Of a stretch of 11,753 nucleotides of DNA, positions 7,663-11,753 are shown piece by piece (the first letter of the stretch is position 1; every line of letters starts with the position of its first letter). Source of the stretch: a virus (lineage: Duplodnaviria > Heunggongvirae > Uroviricota > Caudoviricetes); IMG/VR virus record IMGVR_UViG_2531839531_000006, one strand, 5' to 3'. Under the pieces are notes generated by a model that did not search any database, was not told where the DNA came from, and worked only from the letters and a program-made list of their open reading frames with translations. Position numbers and translations under genes: made by a program.

Positions 7663-7842
7663 TTAACCAAGTTCTCTGGCAATCATTGCCGTCGTTCGTA
7701 TTGCCCATTTATCGACATATTTCCCATCTTCTATTACAGGAAACATTTCTTCAGGCTTAACCATGCATTCCGATTGCAGCTTGCATCCATTGCATCGCTT
7801 GAATTGTCCACACCATTGATTCTTATCAATAGTCGTAGTCAT
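7663..7842 (-). CDS. ral: Ral (restriction alleviation), C-terminally truncated: 59 codons ending at an in-frame TAA; the same frame continues KQNNKAA to a TGA at 7642, the lambda-length 66 codons
   Basis: Translates MTTTIDKNQWCGQFKRCNGCKLQSECMVKPEEMFPVIEDGKYVDKWAIRTTAMIARELG then TAA (plus-strand TTA at 7663..7665). ATG is at 7840..7842. Not in the supplied track because it is under 60 codons. Confidence 0.7.
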   Translation of the reverse strand: MTTTIDKNQWCGQFKRCNGCKLQSECMVKPEEMFPVIEDGKYVDKWAIRTTAMIARELG

Positions 7843-7912
7843 ACGGATAGTCCTGGTACTGTTCCATTACATCCTGCGGATGCTCTTCGAACTCTTCAAA
7901 TTCTTCTTCCAT
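7826..7912 (-). CDS. Lambda orf28-like small acidic protein
   Basis: 28 codons MEEEFEEFEEHPQDVMEQYQDYPYDYDY; its stop overlaps the ral start, at the lambda orf28 position. Confidence 0.55.
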   Translation of the reverse strand: MEEEFEEFEEHPQDVMEQYQDYPYDYDY

Positions 7913-8036
7913 ATATCACCTTAAATAGTGGATTGCGGTAGTAAAGATTGTGCCTGTCTTTTAACCACATCAGGCTCGGTGGTTCTCGTGTACCCCTACA
8001 GCGAGAAATCGGATAAACTATTACAACCCCTACAGT

Positions 8037-8591
8037 TTGATGAGTATAGAAATGGATCCACTCGTTATTCTCGGACGAGTGTTCAGTAATGAACCTCTGG
8101 AGAGAACCATGTATATGATCGTTATCTGGGTTGGACTTCTGCTTTTAAGCCCAGATAACTGGCCTGAATATGTTAATGAGAGAATCGGTATTCCTCATGT
8201 GTGGCATGTTTTCGTCTTTGCTCTTGCATTTTCGCTAGCAATTAATGTGCATCGATTATCAGCTATTGCCAGCGCCAGATATAAGCGATTTAAGCTAAGA
8301 AAACGCATTAAGATGCAAAACGATAAAGTGCGATCGGTAATTCAAAACCTTACAGAAGAGCAATCTATGGTTTTGTGCGCAGCCCTTAATGAAGGCAGGA
8401 AGTATGTGGTTACATCAAAACAATTCCCATACATTAGTGAGTTGATTGAGCTTGGTGTGTTGAACAAAACTTTTTCCCGATGGAACGGGAAGCATATATT
8501 ATTCCCTATTGAGGATATTTACTGGACTGAATTAGTTGCCAGCTATGATCCATATAATATTGAGATAAAGCCAAGGCCAATATCTAAGTAA
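8037..8591 (+). CDS. sieB: SieB superinfection exclusion protein (membrane protein; an internal in-frame start would give Esc)
   Basis: 184-aa ORF of exactly lambda sieB length and position, convergent with and abutting the N stop. Hydrophobic segments MYMIVIWVGLLLLSP and VFVFALAFSLAI. Confidence 0.9.
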   Translation: MMSIEMDPLVILGRVFSNEPLERTMYMIVIWVGLLLLSPDNWPEYVNERIGIPHVWHVFVFALAFSLAINVHRLSAIASARYKRFKLRKRIKMQNDKVRSVIQNLTEEQSMVLCAALNEGRKYVVTSKQFPYISELIELGVLNKTFSRWNGKHILFPIEDIYWTELVASYDPYNIEIKPRPISK

Positions 8592-8915
8592 CTAGGTAAG
8601 AGGAATCGATTTTCCCTTAATTTTCTGGCGTCCACTGCATGTTATGCCGCGTTCGCCAGGCTTGCTGTACCATGTGCGCTGATTCTTGCGCTCAATACGT
8701 TGCAGGTTGCTTTCAATCTGTTCGTGGTATTCAGCCAGCACTGTAAGGTCTATCGGATTCAGTGCGCTTTCTACTCGTGATTTCGGTTTGCGATTCAGCG
8801 AGAGAATAGGGCGGTTAACTGGTTTTGCGCTTACCCCAACCAACAGGGGATTTGCTACTTTCCATTGAGCCTGTTTCTCTGCGCGACGTTCGCGGCGGCG
8901 TGTTTGTGCATCCAT
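8592..8915 (-). CDS. N: N transcription antitermination protein
   Basis: 107 codons from MDAQTRRRERRAEKQAQWKVANPLLVGVSAKPVNRPILSLNRKPKSRVESALNPIDLTVLAEYH, including the arginine-rich RNA-binding motif. Shine-Dalgarno AGGAGA precedes the ATG at 8913..8915. The 137-codon track ORF is an upstream extension. Confidence 0.9.
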   Translation of the reverse strand: MDAQTRRRERRAEKQAQWKVANPLLVGVSAKPVNRPILSLNRKPKSRVESALNPIDLTVLAEYHEQIESNLQRIERKNQRTWYSKPGERGITCSGRQKIKGKSIPLT

Positions 8916-9025
8916 CTGGATTCTCCTGTCAGTTAGCTTTGAGTAACGCGCCGTGATGCTTATCCCCACGGTTGCTGTCTTGCAGCTGCATTTCGCGCTA
9001 CTCAAAGCTTTCTGCTTTGAATGCT

Positions 9026-9056
9026 GCCCTTCTTCAGGGCTAAATTTTTAAGAGCC
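9026..9056 (-). promoter_or_regulatory. nutL (boxB hairpin plus boxA)
   Basis: Minus-strand boxB GCCCTGAAGAAGGGC (9026..9040) is identical to lambda boxB as I recall it. boxA-like GGCTCTTAA (9048..9056) lies 7 nt upstream on the transcript. Confidence 0.8.
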
Positions 9057-9096
9057 TCACCTTCAATGGTGGTTAGTGCGTCCTGCTGACGGGCTA

Positions 9097-9125
9097 AGTA
9101 TCACCGCTAGTGGTATTTGTGTCAA
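9097..9125 (-). promoter_or_regulatory. pL promoter (-35 TTGACA, 17-bp spacer, -10 GATACT)
   Basis: Minus-strand TTGACA (9120..9125) and GATACT (9097..9102) with a 17-nt spacer, the lambda pL hexamers, upstream of nutL and N. Confidence 0.8.
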
Positions 9126-9159
9126 CACCGCTAGAGATATTTTATCACCGCAAATGGTT
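9099..9159. promoter_or_regulatory. OL1-OL2-OL3 CI/Cro operators
   Basis: Three 17-bp sites with TATCACCGC-type half-sites: TATCACCGCTAGTGGTA (9099..9115), CAACACCGCTAGAGATA (9123..9139), TATCACCGCAAATGGTT (9143..9159). They overlap pL as in lambda. Confidence 0.75.
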
Positions 9160-9345
9160 ATCTGTATGTTTTTTATATGGATTTATTTTTTCGAGTGAGT
9201 GTATTGCCTCGGCGATGTAAGGAGAGATCAGAATTGCGTTGTTTAGTGAGTGTAACCGGCTCATTTAAACCGTCTGGTCTGTTTCCTCCGGCTCTACAAA
9301 AATAATGTCCATCATTTTTGAACTGCGCCCCAGATCTTGGACAAC

Positions 9346-10209
9346 TTATGCAGCCTGACTCAATCGATATTGTACCGGGCTAAGACCGCCAAGTTTTTCC
9401 TTTATCCTCAATTGATTATAATAGTTTATGTAATCAATGATGTCTCGCTTTAAGTCCTCCACATTTTTATATTCATTGAGGTAATAACATTCTGATTTCA
9501 ATGTTCCAAAAAAGCTCTCTATAACTGCATTATCAAGACAATTTCCCCGGCGAGACATACTCTGGACTATACCGCTATCCTTTAACCATCGTTGCCACCG
9601 GGACATCTGATATTGCCAACCTTGATCGCTGTGCAGTATGGGGTGTTCATCTTTCGACAGCTGTTTCAGCGCATCCGTAAGCATAGTCTGCACCATTGAA
9701 GGTTGAGGGCGAGTGGCGAGGTTATAGGAAATTATTTCTCCATTATAAAGATCCATGACGGGCGACAAATACAGCTTCTTGCCATTCACTTTAAATTCAG
9801 TGACATCTGTAACCCACTTCTCGTTGGGGCGTTTTGCATCAAAATTGCGTTTCAGGAGATTATCGCAAATTCGTCCTTGTTCTCCTTTATATGAACGGTA
9901 TTTTTTAACGCGGATCAGGCTGCTAATACCCAGTTCCTTCATCAGTTTTCTGACGGTTTTACCATTAAGTAAAACCCCCTCGTTACGACATGCCAGCCTG
10001 ATGCGTCTGTAACCATAGCGGCCTTTGTGCTGGTGATAAATTTTCAGCACAAGCGCTCTGGCAGACTGATACCGGTCAGGAGCAGCAAGCCGTCTGACAT
10101 GATAGTAAAATGTACTCCGGGGCAGCCCGGAAACAATTAACAATCGGGACAATGGCCATTCCTGCCTTAGTTCATTCACAATGCTCACTTTTTCCTGAAC
10201 GTTGAGCAT
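9346..10209 (-). CDS. IS3-family transposase OrfB (DDE catalytic domain; expressed as OrfAB fusion by -1 frameshift)
   Basis: 287-aa ORF containing HSDQGWQY, RKGNCLDNAV and YYN motifs typical of IS3/IS150 OrfB. Overlaps orfA by 25 nt in the -1 frame. Confidence 0.85.
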   Translation of the reverse strand: MLNVQEKVSIVNELRQEWPLSRLLIVSGLPRSTFYYHVRRLAAPDRYQSARALVLKIYHQHKGRYGYRRIRLACRNEGVLLNGKTVRKLMKELGISSLIRVKKYRSYKGEQGRICDNLLKRNFDAKRPNEKWVTDVTEFKVNGKKLYLSPVMDLYNGEIISYNLATRPQPSMVQTMLTDALKQLSKDEHPILHSDQGWQYQMSRWQRWLKDSGIVQSMSRRGNCLDNAVIESFFGTLKSECYYLNEYKNVEDLKRDIIDYINYYNQLRIKEKLGGLSPVQYRLSQAA

Positions 10210-10691
10210 GTTTTCTGCTGAACCAAGGCTTTCAGCTTTTTTAAGTAGGCATTCTCGACCCTGAGTTGTTCAAGTTCTTCTCTCTCATCTTTGGTTAATG
10301 TTGGTAGTGGTGGTGCTGAAATGGCGCTTTTATCCGGCACAGGAATACTCTTTTTATTTTTTCGAATGAAAGCATCTTCGCCATATTTTCTATATTTTTC
10401 AAGCCAGTTGCATACAGTACCAAAGGCTGGTATTCCGTGTTTTACCGCTACTTCACGAACAGAAAAACAGTCATCCACGACTTCTTTTACTACTGTGAGT
10501 TTTAACTCAGCAGAATAGCGTCCTTTTTTACCCGTAAGTATGCTTATCCCATGTTCCCGATAGGCATAAGCCCATTTTCTTACTGTGCAGGGACTGATAC
10601 CGTACATCCTTGCTACAGATTTCAGACTCAACTCTCCCTCCAGGTACTTTTCTGATACTACCTTTTTGAACTCCAATGAAAACTTTTCCAT
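10185..10691 (-). CDS. IS3-family transposase OrfA (HTH plus leucine zipper)
   Basis: 168-aa ORF with an N-terminal helix-turn-helix (SVARMYGISPCTVRKWAYAY) and a C-terminal coiled coil (EELEQLRVENAYLKKLKALV). Confidence 0.85.
   Translation of the reverse strand: MEKFSLEFKKVVSEKYLEGELSLKSVARMYGISPCTVRKWAYAYREHGISILTGKKGRYSAELKLTVVKEVVDDCFSVREVAVKHGIPAFGTVCNWLEKYRKYGEDAFIRKNKKSIPVPDKSAISAPPLPTLTKDEREELEQLRVENAYLKKLKALVQQKTCSTFRKK
10236..10242 (-). other. Programmed -1 ribosomal frameshift heptamer A AAA AAG (orfA to orfB)
   Basis: Plus-strand CTTTTTT at 10236..10242 is AAAAAAG on the coding strand, in the orfA/orfB overlap, as in other IS3-family elements. Confidence 0.7.
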
Positions 10692-10758
10692 GCATCCTCA
10701 GTTTTTGGTCTGGTGTCTAACCTTTGGGGCGCAGTTCATTTTTAATGGACACTATCGT

Positions 10759-11406
10759 ATGAAACACCGGACCTGGATCACTGAAGCTTTACGTCTTCAC
10801 TTTGAAGAACATTTACCCCGGGTTGTGGCCGGGCGTCGCCTGGGTGTACCAAAATCAACAGTTTGTAGTATGTTCGTGCGCTTTCGGAGAGCTGGCCTTT
10901 CGTGGCCTTTGCCCGCAGGCATGTCGGAGCAGGAACTTGATGCCTGCCTTTACGGACAATTTTCCACGGTACCAGTCGTACGTCCTGAAAGCACCGTTAT
11001 ATCCGAAGCCCCCGTGGTAAAAAAACGTCCCCGGCGGCCCAACTTCCCTTATGAGTTTAAAATCGCCTTAGTGGAGCAGTCACTGCAGCCCGGAGCCTGT
11101 GTGGCGCAGATCGCCCGGGAAAACGGAATCAACGATAACCTGCTCTTCAACTGGCGCCATCAATACCGGAAAGGTGGCCTGCTGCCTTCCGGAAAAAATA
11201 TGCCGGCACTGCTTCCCGTGACGTTAACGCCGGAGCCGGATAATAAAATCCCGGCCCCCGCACAGGAACCAGAGCAGATAAATACACCGTCCGACAGTCT
11301 GTGTTGTGAGCTGGTTCTGCCGGCCGGAACTCTCAGGCTTAAAGGTAAACTGACGCCGGCGTTATTACAGACACTTATCCGCGAAATAAAAGGGAGCAGC
11401 CACTGA
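10759..11406 (+). CDS. IS66-family Orf1 (TnpA-like accessory protein); start codon uncertain
   Basis: C-terminal part (RPRRPNFPYEFKIALVEQSLQPGACVAQIARENGINDNLLFNWRHQYRKGG ... CELVLPAGTLRLKGKLTPALLQTLIREIKG) is typical of IS66 Orf1. First in-frame ATG outside the IS3 element is at 10759 (MKHRTW...) and lacks a good Shine-Dalgarno. The 273-codon track ORF begins inside the IS3 inverted repeat and is an artefact. Confidence 0.5.
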   Translation: MKHRTWITEALRLHFEEHLPRVVAGRRLGVPKSTVCSMFVRFRRAGLSWPLPAGMSEQELDACLYGQFSTVPVVRPESTVISEAPVVKKRPRRPNFPYEFKIALVEQSLQPGACVAQIARENGINDNLLFNWRHQYRKGGLLPSGKNMPALLPVTLTPEPDNKIPAPAQEPEQINTPSDSLCCELVLPAGTLRLKGKLTPALLQTLIREIKGSSH

Positions 11407-11753
11407 TGATATCTCTCCCTGCAGGTTCGCGTATCTGGCTGGTTGCAGGTATCACCGATATGCGAAATGGCTTTAACGGCCTGGCATCAAAAGTTCAGAA
11501 CGTCCTGAAGGATGACCCGTTCTCCGGACACCTGTTCATCTTCCGCGGACGCCGGGGTGACCAGATAAAAGTGTTGTGGGCTGACAGTGACGGACTGTGC
11601 CTCTTCACCAAACGCCTGGAGCGGGGCCGCTTCGTCTGGCCAGTCACCCGTGACGGCAAGGTGCACCTTACTCCGGCTCAGTTATCCATGCTTCTTGAAG
11701 GTATCAACTGGAAGCACCCGAAACGAACGGAACGCGCTGGAATCCGCATATAA
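11406..11753 (+). CDS. IS66-family TnpB (Orf2)
   Basis: 115-aa ORF MISLPAGSRIWLVAGITDMRNGFNGLASKVQNVLKDDPFSGHLFIFRGRRGDQIKVLWAD, matching IS66-family TnpB as I recall it. Its ATG overlaps the orf1 TGA (TGATG). Stop is at the window end. Confidence 0.85.
   Translation: MISLPAGSRIWLVAGITDMRNGFNGLASKVQNVLKDDPFSGHLFIFRGRRGDQIKVLWADSDGLCLFTKRLERGRFVWPVTRDGKVHLTPAQLSMLLEGINWKHPKRTERAGIRI

Larger units (their letters stand above)
9319..10738 (-). mobile_element. IS3-family insertion sequence (IS150 group), complete, 1420 bp
   Basis: Terminal inverted repeats: TGAACTGCGCCCCA at 9319..9332 and its reverse complement ending at 10738, with partial matches further in. orfA/orfB pair with an A6G frameshift motif. 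TTT flanks both ends, consistent with a 3-bp target duplication. Confidence 0.85.
9251..11753 (+). mobile_element. IS66-family element, partial (runs past the window end), interrupted by the IS3-family element at 9319..10738; left boundary is provisional
   Basis: tnpB (11406..11753) and an orf1-like gene upstream with the 1-nt stop/start overlap typical of IS66. Lambda-like sequence appears to stop near 9250, where GTAACCGGC resembles the GTAAGCG-type IS66 terminus; that boundary is inferred. Confidence 0.45.

Noticed and set aside
8686-8868. 60-codon plus-strand ORF inside N
   Set aside because: Antisense to N; no support.
8592-9005. 137-codon extended N frame
   Set aside because: N starts at MDAQTRRRERR (8915), which is preceded by AGGAGA; the upstream 30 codons cover the leader and run towards nutL.
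9160-9318. Possible remnant of rexB or an immunity-region terminator in the 160 bp after OL3
   Set aside because: No ORF, and only the first ~90 bp resemble what I recall of lambda; too short and too uncertain to call.
9703-10518. Plus-strand ORFs inside the IS3 element (9703..9894, 9755..10012, 10291..10518)
   Set aside because: Antisense to the transposase genes.
10585-10758. First 58 codons of the 273-codon track ORF (MQGLIPYILATDF...)
   Set aside because: This part reads across the IS3 inverted repeat and the orfA start on the opposite strand; it is an artefact of an open frame crossing the IS3/IS66 junction.
10802-11020. 72-codon plus-strand ORF in an alternative frame within IS66 orf1
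   Set aside because: Overlaps the better-supported orf1 frame.
1-11753. CRISPR arrays, tRNA/rRNA genes, tandem repeats
   Set aside because: No direct-repeat/spacer periodicity, no tRNA-like cloverleaf candidates and no obvious tandem repeats seen on reading the sequence; lambda attB is not in a tRNA gene.

Overview
This window is the left (gal-proximal) junction of a lambda-like prophage integrated at the canonical lambda attB next to host gene ybhC, followed by nested insertion sequences. Identifications rest on reading the supplied ORF translations and sequence motifs against remembered lambda biology; no database search was run. Left to right: ybhC (minus strand), attL (core GCTTTTTTATACTAA plus the P' arm), then the leftward early operon on the minus strand: int, xis, a TraR/DksA-like zinc finger gene, small orf61/63/60a-like ORFs, exo, bet, gam, kil, cIII, ea10, ral, orf28, N, with sieB on the plus strand, and nutL and pL/OL1-3 upstream of N. 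From exo to N the gene lengths, overlaps and spacing are colinear with lambda. Two things depart from lambda. First, the xis-proximal slot where lambda carries ea8.5/ea22 (2686..3947) holds a different, A+T-rich cassette whose main gene (3135..3737) is transcribed against the operon, encodes a predicted 3-helix membrane protein and is bracketed by hairpin terminators; this is the best candidate for an uncharacterised accessory function such as exclusion, abortive infection or defence. Second, about 90 bp beyond OL3 the phage sequence gives way to an IS66-family element (its tnpB reaches the window end) that is itself interrupted by a complete 1420-bp IS3-family element, so no rex or cI genes are visible here. 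Ral also carries an in-frame TAA that removes its last 7 codons relative to the lambda-length frame.
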